A stretch of 64,000 nt of DNA. It comes from an uncultured Candidatus Saccharibacteria bacterium. Its GTDB lineage: Bacteria > Patescibacteriota > Doudnabacteria > UBA920 > 2-01-FULL-46-14. Under the pieces are notes generated by a model. The model had not been told where the DNA came from, ran no database searches, and saw only the letters and a program-made list of their open reading frames with translations. The stretch spans positions 110 to 64,109 of the forward strand of contig CAYNFS010000003.1 of the NCBI GenBank assembly GCA_964396685.1, given 5' to 3'. Every line of letters begins with the position of its first letter. The first letter of the stretch is position 1. Shown piece by piece: positions 47,526 to 55,933 of the stretch. The translations under genes were made by a program, and so were the position numbers.

Positions 47526-48151
47526 ATCATAGCTCCGTCTATCAATATGTGCCCGTTGCTAATCATCCGTTTCTTACCAGATGGTACGATTTTGGCTGTT
47601 GGATTTTAGGTTTAGGCCCGAAGTTTAAAAAACAGGTTCTTGACGCCGTCGAAATTTGGGATGGAGCCACGATCTTGGACGTAGGATGCGGAACGGGAGT
47701 GCTTTTGGAATTAGCCAAGCGCAAGTTTCCGAACTCAAGAGTTATCGGGATTGATCCGGATAAGCCTGCTTTGGCTCTGGCGCGTTCCAGGACATCGCGG
47801 GCGGGGTTGGACGTAGAATTGCACGAAGCTTTTGCCGAATCTTTGCCTTTGGCTGATGAGGAGTCAGACTTTTGTTTCACAAGCTTGGCTTTGCATCATA
47901 TTCCTGGTAATTTGAAAAAGCAGGCGATTCAGGAAATGTACCGGGTTTTGAAAAAAGGCGGATGGGTAGTTGTCGCTGACCTTGGCCAAACTGACAGTCG
48001 GCTGATGAGATTTATTTTGAGTTTTGAACCCTATGCGCAAGGGAATCTTGCCGGACTGATTGAGAAGTATTTGCCGGAAGCCGGTTTTAAGAATTTAAAG
48101 CTTGTAGGACGTAAGTATCCCGGTATCAAGATTTTGGTTGGAGAAAAGTAA
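47522..48151 (+). CDS. class I SAM-dependent methyltransferase
   Basis: ILDVGCGTG, GIDPD, AESLP, EMYRVLKKGG. Confidence 0.93.
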   Translation: MNHSSVYQYVPVANHPFLTRWYDFGCWILGLGPKFKKQVLDAVEIWDGATILDVGCGTGVLLELAKRKFPNSRVIGIDPDKPALALARSRTSRAGLDVELHEAFAESLPLADEESDFCFTSLALHHIPGNLKKQAIQEMYRVLKKGGWVVVADLGQTDSRLMRFILSFEPYAQGNLAGLIEKYLPEAGFKNLKLVGRKYPGIKILVGEK

Positions 48152-48255
48152 TTAAGGATTGTTATTCTTTTTAGGCGCCAGCCAATATTAACTAGTTTCT
48201 GGATTCCGTATCCCTCCCAAGGCGGGCAGGCAAGTACGGAATGATAGACTATCTG

Positions 48256-48408
48256 ATGAGGCCGACAAACTTGAAAACCAGAATTTTTTTGGATTCCGGC
48301 GATCCTGACGAGACCCGGGAGGCTTTGGGCTTGCTTGGATTTCTTGACGGGCAGACGACCAATCTTCTATTTTCGTTATGCTTTGCTTCAAATCTAAAAT
48401 TTTGCTAA
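48256..48408 (+). pseudogene. truncated duplicate of the transaldolase 5' end
   Basis: 48256-48364 aligns without gaps to 48870-48978 (MRPTNLKTRIFLDSGDPDETREALGLLGFLDGQTTN). Confidence 0.9.
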
Positions 48409-48417
48409 CATGTAAAT

Positions 48418-48663
48418 ATGCTAACTGAATTTGTTATTAAAAAATTAAAAATCGCCAAGTACAAGCTTCTTAAGGACAAAACTTATTTTGGTGAAATTCC
48501 TGGTCTACAAGGAGTGTGGGCAAACGCACGAAATTTGGAAGACTGCAGAAAACAGCTCCGGGAAGTGCTGGAGGAGTGGGTACTGCTTCGGATTCGGGAT
48601 CGTCAAAGCGTGCCCGGATTGTATATTCATGCCAATCGCCGCCAAATAGTGAAGCATGCCTAA
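48418..48663 (+). CDS. hicB: HicB-family antitoxin
   Basis: YFGEIPGLQGVWANARNLEDCRKQLREVLEEW. Confidence 0.88.
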   Translation: MLTEFVIKKLKIAKYKLLKDKTYFGEIPGLQGVWANARNLEDCRKQLREVLEEWVLLRIRDRQSVPGLYIHANRRQIVKHA

Positions 48664-48868
48664 AAGTATTTCTTGGAGAAAGTTAGTGCAAAAGTTTAGG
48701 CGTTTGGGTTTTGACGGACCGTATTCTGGCGGCCGTCATTTGTTTATGATTAAGGGAACCTTAAAGCTTCACATCCCGAATCCGCATCGCGGCAATATTT
48801 CTAAACACCTCCTTGCAGAGATTTTGAGACAAGCCGGTATTCCTTCTGCGGACTGGGAACAAGCGTAA
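48656..48868 (+). CDS. hicA: HicA-family toxin
   Basis: RLGFDGPYSGGRH, IPNPH, ILRQAGI. Confidence 0.9.
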   Translation: MPKSISWRKLVQKFRRLGFDGPYSGGRHLFMIKGTLKLHIPNPHRGNISKHLLAEILRQAGIPSADWEQA

Positions 48869-48869
48869 T

Positions 48870-49799
48870 ATGAGACCAGCAAATCTCAAAACCAGAATTT
48901 TTCTTGATTCAGGCGATCCTGACGAGACCCGGGAGGCTTTGGGCTTGCTTGGATTTTTTGACGGGCAGACGACCAATCCGAGCTTGATTGCCAAAAATCC
49001 GGAAACGGCCGGGAAGAAATTTACTCGCGAGGAGATTTTGGATTTTTACAAAAAAGTCGTGCAAGAGATTTCGGGTTTGATTCCCGAAGGCTCGGTTTCG
49101 ATAGAGGTTTATGCGGATTTCTCGACACCCGGCCTTCCTACCCCCTCTTCATCTCCCCCATCGCATGGGGGAGAAAAAAGATTGTCCATGCTCGAACAGG
49201 CGAGGGGGATGTTTCATTGGATTCCGAATGGTCATATCAAATTTCCAACCACGACAGAAGGGCTTAAGGCGGCAGAGCAAGCGGTCAAGGAAGGCATGGG
49301 AGTCAACATGACTCTGTGTTTTTCGCAGGAACAGGCGGCCGCGGTTTATGCTGCAACCAGAGGGGCCCAGAGAGGGCAAGTTTTTGTCTCGCCATTTGTG
49401 GGGAGGCTGGATGACCGAGGCGAGCGGGGGATGGATTTGATCGCGAATATTATTAAGATGTATAAACAGGGAGACGGACATGTGGAGGTGCTCACGGCGA
49501 GTGTGAGGAACATTGAGCATGTTTTGGAAGCGCTGCGATTAGGGTCGGATATTATTACGATGCCATTGGGGGTGCTCGAAAACTCCAAATCACAAATAAC
49601 AAATCCCAAACAAATCCCAAATTTTCCGCCCAAGGCGGATCCACCCCTGGCGGACAAATTCCAAATTCAAAACTTGAAGCCAATAGATTATAAAGAGCTT
49701 GATTTAGATAAATCCTGGCAGGAGTATGATATCGGGCATGAGCTGACGGACATCGGAATGGAGAAGTTTTCCGAGGATTGGAACCGATTAATAAAGTGA
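48870..49799 (+). CDS. tal: transaldolase/FSA family
   Basis: FLDS, TTNPSL, IKFPTT, NMTLCFS, SPFVGRLDD, ASVR. Confidence 0.93.
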   Translation: MRPANLKTRIFLDSGDPDETREALGLLGFFDGQTTNPSLIAKNPETAGKKFTREEILDFYKKVVQEISGLIPEGSVSIEVYADFSTPGLPTPSSSPPSHGGEKRLSMLEQARGMFHWIPNGHIKFPTTTEGLKAAEQAVKEGMGVNMTLCFSQEQAAAVYAATRGAQRGQVFVSPFVGRLDDRGERGMDLIANIIKMYKQGDGHVEVLTASVRNIEHVLEALRLGSDIITMPLGVLENSKSQITNPKQIPNFPPKADPPLADKFQIQNLKPIDYKELDLDKSWQEYDIGHELTDIGMEKFSEDWNRLIK

Positions 49800-49831
49800 G
49801 TAAGCAAGTAGGTGTGTAAGTTGTAAGAAAA

Positions 49832-50188
49832 ATGCTAATAAAAACGTTTCGTGATTTGATTGCCTGGCAGAAAGCTCATAATCTTACTCTAGGAGTCTAT
49901 AAAATAACTGATAAATTTCCCAAAACCGAGACATTTGGTTTAACTAGTCAGATGCGTCGTTGCGCTGTTTCTGTGCCTTCTAATATCGCAGAGGGGTTTA
50001 AGCGAAGAACAAAAAATGATTCGGTTCATTTCTACAACATTGCCGAGGGAGCATTAGAAGAATTAAAGTATCAATTGCTGCTTGCGAGAGACCTAGGCTA
50101 TATTTCAGATAAAGAATATCGCTCGTTGAATGATTTAGCCGATGAAGTAGGCAAACTCACCAACGGTTGGAAGCGGGTACAAAAATAA
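49832..50188 (+). CDS. four-helix-bundle protein (23S rRNA IVP-like family)
   Basis: FRDLIAWQKA, FPKTETFGLTSQMRRCAVSVPSNIAEG, YQLLLARDLGY. Confidence 0.93.
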   Translation: MLIKTFRDLIAWQKAHNLTLGVYKITDKFPKTETFGLTSQMRRCAVSVPSNIAEGFKRRTKNDSVHFYNIAEGALEELKYQLLLARDLGYISDKEYRSLNDLADEVGKLTNGWKRVQK

Positions 50189-50365
50189 CTTATCAACTTA
50201 TACGCTTTACACGCTTACGAACTTACTCATTGGGCCCAACTGGCTCTTGATTTTTTTATGCGCTTCTGTTAGATTAAGCTATCTTTGCTGAAGTTTCTGG
50301 CAGAGAACCCGGCCACGGGCAGTGGCGATTCCATGTGGCGATTAGCCACAAAAAGGAGGAACACC

Positions 50366-51388
50366 GTGAGACACGGAAACGTTAAGATCATGCAGGTACA
50401 CGCCGTTCTGGACAGACTGAACGGCGAAACGGGAGTTGAAGCCATTCTGGCAGGCTCGGAAATTGAGCCGGTGAAGTATGGCGACGGTACGCTCGGGCAG
50501 TATGAGGAATTCCGCAACAAACTGCCTGAAGGGGTCTGGGAAGGCGTTCTGGCTGATCAGTTGGAGTTGGTTATGGAGGGGCCAACCAAAGTCGTTGTTC
50601 GCACAAAAGAACAACTCCTGGTGGACACCGACGGCCGGTTCGTTTTCCGAAACATCAGGCAGGTTGGCCAGCCGAACTGGGCCTATGGTTTTGGGCGGGC
50701 CATTCACCCAAGCTATACCGAAGCGTTGGAGCGCTTGGAGCACGCATTCCAGCGCAGAATTGGTGTCTCGGCCGCGGACTTTGAGAGACGCGCCGAGAGC
50801 AAGAAAGCGGAGATAGTCAACAACCCGCTTTTCGTCAACCTCTTCCTAGGCCAGCACGCCAGGCCCTTTGCCATCGCTCTGCCACAGATGACTGTTCCCG
50901 AAAAGGGAGGGCTTGGCGAGCTGCTGGCGCGCACCATCATCCGGGCTGCGAAGCTGGGCTATGTCCGGCAGTATCCCGAGCGGCAGTTTAAAGACCATAG
51001 CGATACGTTGATCGGGGAAGTCGAAAGCTTCCCTGGCAGTCGGCAGGAGCGATTCATCGAGGCGCTTCGGCAGGGGCCAGTCGTGGCTTGGATCTTCATG
51101 AACTGCCTGCAGGGAGGGTCGATCAACGCGGCCAGAGAGCTCATCAAGACTCTCCCCGAGGAGTATATGCTCGGCGGTACTTTGGTCAATGCCCCAGTGG
51201 TCGCCGCTTATCCAGAGATCGCGGCCGCGAGCGTGAGGAATCCGCTGTATTTCTGCGCGGCTGATGTTTTCCGGCGCGGCTTTTCGCTCTACCTCCTTCC
51301 GCACGGCGGCAGCGTCGGCTTCGATGGCTGGGCCGTCCTTGGCGACTGCGACGGCCATTGCTCTGCCTCCGTCGCCGTGCTCGCGTAG
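50366..51388 (+). CDS. putative DGR target (variable) protein
   Basis: SD AAGGAGG + GTG; 9 A in the last 138 nt with many NNC codons; adjacent to avd and RT remnants. Confidence 0.75.
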   Translation: MRHGNVKIMQVHAVLDRLNGETGVEAILAGSEIEPVKYGDGTLGQYEEFRNKLPEGVWEGVLADQLELVMEGPTKVVVRTKEQLLVDTDGRFVFRNIRQVGQPNWAYGFGRAIHPSYTEALERLEHAFQRRIGVSAADFERRAESKKAEIVNNPLFVNLFLGQHARPFAIALPQMTVPEKGGLGELLARTIIRAAKLGYVRQYPERQFKDHSDTLIGEVESFPGSRQERFIEALRQGPVVAWIFMNCLQGGSINAARELIKTLPEEYMLGGTLVNAPVVAAYPEIAAASVRNPLYFCAADVFRRGFSLYLLPHGGSVGFDGWAVLGDCDGHCSASVAVLA

Positions 51389-51483
51389 GCCTTTGATCCC
51401 TTGGGAAGTTGGTTCTTTTGGATCCTTTGTTTTTTGGGATTCTTTAAGACCAATTCCCCCGGGGTTATTTTTTATGATATAAT

Positions 51484-51605
51484 TTTGGGCAGAGAGTAGG
51501 TTAAAGCGGATTGGTTCAAGGATCAATCCCGCCGAAATCGGTGTGAGTTTGATTTACCAGAATTTTTGTGATCACGGTTACAAAAAGCGCGTAAAAAACT
51601 TAAAG
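51484..51605 (+). ncRNA. possible 5' part of the DGR RNA
   Basis: TGATATAAT extended -10 at 51475-51483 followed by non-coding sequence with GCGG-ATTGGT...ATCAAT-CCCGC stem. Confidence 0.35.
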
Positions 51606-51608
51606 GCA

Positions 51609-51797
51609 CTACTTGTCTGTTTCTAATGCCTGACTAAATTGGGGCAGGGAGCGGTATCAGCCGCCGAGCTGTTGGCCGATTTCCTGAAGGTGCGTTTGGA
51701 GAAGAAGATATTTTTTGTTATCCAGACACCTCAAATCTCTGGCAATTCTAACGAATATTTTCTGAGCGTCCAGTTTTATACTTGCTCGTTTGAAAAC
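51609..51797 (-). pseudogene. avd: C-terminal fragment of DGR accessory protein Avd
   Basis: Manual translation KRASIKLDAQKIFVRIARDLRCLDNKKYLLLQTHLQEIGQQLGG*YRS; EIGxxLGGW motif with Trp replaced by TGA at 51657-51659; N-terminus absent. Confidence 0.8.
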
Positions 51798-52604
51798 AAA
51801 ATCAAAAATAGCCGGTTTTTATGGCTGATTGAAGAAATTATTGAAAATTTTTCTGTGGATAAAATCGGACAGCGGGGGGGGGGCTTTATATGGATTGCCA
51901 ATCGGCAATTTAACCTCGCAAATATTCGCAAACATTTATCCGCCTCCGCCGAATACCACGGGGTTACCCGTGGATGAAGGCGGAAGGCGTAAAGCACGTA
52001 AGCTAAAGCATAAGTCAAGCTTCGGCGGATGTAGCAACGACAGCCCAGGCGGATAAACCCGCCTTAGCTTTAGGGAAGGCGGGTATGGAGGGTACCACGG
52101 CTTCCCGGCCGTCGTAGCCATAGGCCACTATGGCGGAGTCGGCTAGCCGTGGGGCTCCATTTGAATGAATTAGACCAGTTTGTAAAACACCAGCTTCGAG
52201 TAAAATATTACTTTCGCCATGCTGATGATTTTGTTATAGTTCATAGTGACGACACTCATTTGCAGGGCCCAACCTGCTCAATTCAGAGGTTTTTGAAAGA
52301 CGATCTTGATCTGGGGCTGCATCCTAAAAAAATCGTCATCAGAAGACTCCACCAAGGCATAGATTTTTTGGGTTATGTTATTTTACCTCATCATATCGTA
52401 TTGAGGACGAAAACCAAAAGAAGAACATTTAGAAAACTTTTTGAAAAAAGAGGAATGCTCGAAAGGGATAAGATAAGTTTTGAGAGTTATAATCAATCAA
52501 TACAGTCTTATTTGGGCATGTTGGAGCATTCAAATGGATATAATTTGAGTAATATAATTCAGAATAATTTTTCAGGAGCTGGATTCCCGCTTCCACGGGA
52601 ATGA
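51792..52604 (+). pseudogene. DGR-class reverse transcriptase, truncated and interrupted
   Basis: LWLIEEII / frameshift near G10 tract / GLPIGNLTSQIFANIY / about 220-bp insertion / LNELDQFVKH..RHADDF..LHPKK..GIDFLGY. Confidence 0.9.
51935..52057. mobile_element. 123-bp MITE-like element, copy 2, inserted in the RT gene
   Basis: Terminal IR TTTATCCGCCT/AGGCGGATAAA; followed by further palindromes to about 52160. Confidence 0.8.
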
Positions 52605-52618
52605 CAGGATTAATTATT

Positions 52619-53575
52619 ATGATGCGCGATGCGATTCTGAATTTTCCAAAACAATTTAAATACCGGCCCAAGATCGAGAATGGGCCGGTGAAGAAGTATA
52701 AGCGCTATGTAGTGGCTGGCATGGGCGGCTCGCATCTGGCGGCGGATATTTTGAAAAGTCTTAAGCCGGATTTGGATCTGACAGTGCATATGGACTACGG
52801 ATTGCCGGAAAAAGATTTGCAAAAAACCCTTGTAATCGCGAGTTCCTATTCGGGCAATACCGAAGAAACGATTGACGCTTTTGAGCAGGCAAGAAACAAG
52901 GGCTCGGCGTTGGCGGCGGTTGCTTCCGGAGGGAAGCTCATTGAGTTAGCCGTTCAGCACAAGGTGCCCTATATCCTGTTGCCGCAGGCAGTAAGCGAGC
53001 CGCGCATGGCTTTGGGTTTGAGCCTTAGAGCTCTTCTTAAACTTACCAAGCAGAACGAGTTTTTGAAGGAGTCGGCTCTGCTTATCAAAATTTTAAAGCC
53101 GCAAGAACTTGAGCTTCAAGGCCGGGCGCTGGCGGAAAAGATAAAAGGCAAGGTGCCGGTTATTTATGCTTCCGCGCGCAACGAGGCCGTTGCTTACAAT
53201 TGGAAAATCAAATTCAACGAGACCGGGAAAATTCCAGCTTTCTGCAACGTCCTGCCCGAGCTCAATCACAATGAAATAAATGGATTCGATATTAAGGAGG
53301 CGACTAAATCTTTGGGCACTTGGGCCCACTTTATTTTCCTCAAAGATTCTGAAGATCACCCCAGAAACCAGAAGCGAATGGAGATTACCGCCAAACTTTA
53401 TCAGGAGCGCGGGCTGCCGGTAGAAGTTATCGAGCTTTCCGGAGACTCAAGACTTGAACAAATTTTCAAATCCCTCCTGCTAGCGGACTGGACAGCCATA
53501 TATACAGCACAAAATTACGGGCTCAAACCCGAAGGCCAGCCCATGGTGGATGAGTTTAAGAAGCTAATTATCTAG
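52619..53575 (+). CDS. bifunctional phosphoglucose/phosphomannose isomerase (SIS)
   Basis: GMGGS, SYSGNTEET, SGGKL, WKIKFNETGK, PELNHNE. Confidence 0.93.
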   Translation: MMRDAILNFPKQFKYRPKIENGPVKKYKRYVVAGMGGSHLAADILKSLKPDLDLTVHMDYGLPEKDLQKTLVIASSYSGNTEETIDAFEQARNKGSALAAVASGGKLIELAVQHKVPYILLPQAVSEPRMALGLSLRALLKLTKQNEFLKESALLIKILKPQELELQGRALAEKIKGKVPVIYASARNEAVAYNWKIKFNETGKIPAFCNVLPELNHNEINGFDIKEATKSLGTWAHFIFLKDSEDHPRNQKRMEITAKLYQERGLPVEVIELSGDSRLEQIFKSLLLADWTAIYTAQNYGLKPEGQPMVDEFKKLII

Positions 53576-53608
53576 GAGTAAGCTGTAAGTATTAAGCAAT
53601 AAGTTTAG

Positions 53609-55144
53609 ATGAGGAAATTCTTTACAGTCTTTTTGGGATTGCCGCTCGTGATCGTCGCGATTGTTTTGACCGTGGTTTTTCTTCCCAGACTGGCGGGGCT
53701 GATGCGCGGGGTCCGGCCCGCCATAACTCCGCCGCCGCAGGATATCACGAGCCCTTCTTTCAATACCACGGGCCTGCCTTTGAGTTTGCCGCCGGGTTTC
53801 TCCATTGAAATTTTTGCGAAAGATTTGCCGGGGGCTAGGGTAATGCTGCAAGTTGGACGTGAGATGTATGTAAGTCAAACGAGCGAAGGAAAAATTACTC
53901 TTTTAACTTTGAAGGACGGCGAGGTGGCAGATGGTGAAGTTTGGTTAAAGAATTTGAATAAACCACACGGATTGGCTATCAGCGGTGATGATTTGTATTA
54001 CGCTGAAGAAGATAAAATTACTAGAGTCAGATTGTATACTTCACAGCAGCCGATTAAAATTGCCGATCTGCCTTCAGGCGGCGGACATTTCACGAGAACA
54101 ATTGTTTTTGGCTCGGATGAGAGGCTTTATGTCTCCATCGGCTCTTCGTGCAATATTTGCATTGAAAAGGACGCCAGAAGGGCGGCAATTTATTCGATGA
54201 ATAAAGACGGCTCGGATTTCAGGTCTTATGCAACAGGTCTTCGCAACGCCGTATTTTTTACATGGAGCTACATTGACGGCAGGATGTGGGCTACGGAGAT
54301 GGGCCGCGACTGGCTTGGCGATGATCTGCCGCCGGATGAGATTAATGTAATTGAGGAAGGTAAAGATTATGGTTGGCCGTATTGTTATACGAGGAATATT
54401 GCTGATCCCACTTTTGCAAAAAGTTTTGATGATTGTAGCGGCAAAGAAGGGAATATCATTGATATACCGGCGCATTCGGCGCCGTTGGGGCTGGCCTTTA
54501 TCCCCGAGGAAGCCCCGCACCAATCCTCGCCCGGCTCGGATGGTGCGGGGTATAGCTGGCCTGACGGTTATCAGCACGACCTACTCGTAGCATTCCATGG
54601 CTCTTGGAATCGAAGCGAGCCAACGGGTTATAAAGTTGTGAGAATCAAGCTCGATAATGAGGGCAATTATCAAGGCACGGAAGATTTTATCACCGGCTGG
54701 CTCACCCCGGAAGGCGCTTTGGGCAGGCCAGTTGACCTGTTGATTCAGCCCGGAGGAGTCATGTATATCTCGGATGATAAAGCGGGGGTGATTTACAAAG
54801 TTACGTATCAAGGGAAAGAAAGCGAAGATCTGGTTCACGTTGATGTGCCGGTCCCCAACAGCATTGTTCAGAGCCCGTTAGTCGTTCGCGGAGAAGCCAG
54901 AGGCAACTGGTATTTTGAAGCCAGCTTTCCCCTCAAACTTTCGGACGCCAATGGCAATAAAATCGCGGAGGGCTTTGCCCAAGCGCAAGGCGAATGGATG
55001 ACCGAGGACTTTGTGCCATTTGAGGGCAAATTGGAATTCGCCCCGCCGATAACAGACACCGGCTTTTTGATTTTGGAAAAAGATAATCCATCCGGCTTGC
55101 CGGAGCACGCGGCTGAGATTCGCGTTCCAGTAAAATTTTACTAA
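53609..55144 (+). CDS. PQQ-dependent sugar/sorbosone dehydrogenase-like beta-propeller with C-terminal Gmad2-like Ig domain
   Basis: GGHFTR, VSIGSSCN, GLRNA, YGWPYC, HGSWNR, GRPVD; WYFEASFP, DNPSGLPE. Confidence 0.88.
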   Translation: MRKFFTVFLGLPLVIVAIVLTVVFLPRLAGLMRGVRPAITPPPQDITSPSFNTTGLPLSLPPGFSIEIFAKDLPGARVMLQVGREMYVSQTSEGKITLLTLKDGEVADGEVWLKNLNKPHGLAISGDDLYYAEEDKITRVRLYTSQQPIKIADLPSGGGHFTRTIVFGSDERLYVSIGSSCNICIEKDARRAAIYSMNKDGSDFRSYATGLRNAVFFTWSYIDGRMWATEMGRDWLGDDLPPDEINVIEEGKDYGWPYCYTRNIADPTFAKSFDDCSGKEGNIIDIPAHSAPLGLAFIPEEAPHQSSPGSDGAGYSWPDGYQHDLLVAFHGSWNRSEPTGYKVVRIKLDNEGNYQGTEDFITGWLTPEGALGRPVDLLIQPGGVMYISDDKAGVIYKVTYQGKESEDLVHVDVPVPNSIVQSPLVVRGEARGNWYFEASFPLKLSDANGNKIAEGFAQAQGEWMTEDFVPFEGKLEFAPPITDTGFLILEKDNPSGLPEHAAEIRVPVKFY

Positions 55145-55157
55145 AACGAGAAAAAAT

Positions 55158-55823
55158 ATGATCCCATCTCTCAAAGATCTTATGACCAAAGAAGTAGTGG
55201 CAGTGACTCCCGAAACGCCGCTCATTAAGGCGGTAGATCTTCTTTTGAAAGGAGATTTTTCCGGCCTTCCCGTGATAGATGAAGACAAAACTTTGGTCGG
55301 GATTGTCACCGATTACGATTTGGTGCTGAGAGGCTCTACAATTCACCTCCCGACTTTTTTGAAGCTTTTGAAAGAATTTCAGGTGTACAAAAAAGATCAA
55401 GGGTTAATCAAGGGCGAAATCAAAAAGATTTTGACCATGACCGTTGCGGACGTGATGAATGCTGAACCGTTAACTTTGTCAGTTGACGCTTCAATTAACG
55501 AAGCGATTGAGGCTTTTAGCCAACACCATCGGGTTAACCCCATCATTATAGTTGATAAAAATCACAAGCTTTGCGGGGTGATCAGTCGGTTTGATATGCT
55601 AAAACTTTACGGCTCGCCGTCGGTCGTTCGAAATTTAAAACGCCAGACTGACCGCGAGCTAGACCAAGATATTAATCGATTTCTTTTGGACTTTGAAAAA
55701 CAGTTTATTTTGGTAAGCAAAACTCGGACCCATTACTGGCTCCTGTTCAGCCTGCTTTTCGCAGTTATCGGCTTTCTGATAGCTTTTGCCATCATTATCC
55801 GCATTACTTTTAAAGGGCCTTGA
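55158..55823 (+). CDS. CBS-domain protein with C-terminal TM
   Basis: FSGLPVID..LVGIVT; TVADVM; GVISRFD. Confidence 0.9.
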   Translation: MIPSLKDLMTKEVVAVTPETPLIKAVDLLLKGDFSGLPVIDEDKTLVGIVTDYDLVLRGSTIHLPTFLKLLKEFQVYKKDQGLIKGEIKKILTMTVADVMNAEPLTLSVDASINEAIEAFSQHHRVNPIIIVDKNHKLCGVISRFDMLKLYGSPSVVRNLKRQTDRELDQDINRFLLDFEKQFILVSKTRTHYWLLFSLLFAVIGFLIAFAIIIRITFKGP

Positions 55824-55933
55824 CAGATTTCTTGGCTTGAGTACTATTAAGGTATGCAAAATTTGATAACCTGGTAAAGCCATTAAGTTGGCCCTTTTTG
55901 TATTTCGCATTAAGGGAGATTTTTCGCGTCCAT

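Noticed and set aside
49832-50188. Four-helix-bundle gene as the DGR's Avd
   Set aside because: It has the IVP-type SVPSNIAEG signature; a separate Avd-type remnant lies at 51609-51797. A functional link is not excluded
51657-51659. TGA read as Trp or Gly (alternative genetic code)
   Set aside because: TGA ends intact genes here (e.g. 2613, rpmH, 25243) and long core genes have no in-frame TGA; simple nonsense mutation
51389-52604. Template repeat for an active DGR
   Set aside because: No AAC-rich copy of the variable region found by eye in this interval or elsewhere in the window; RT is broken
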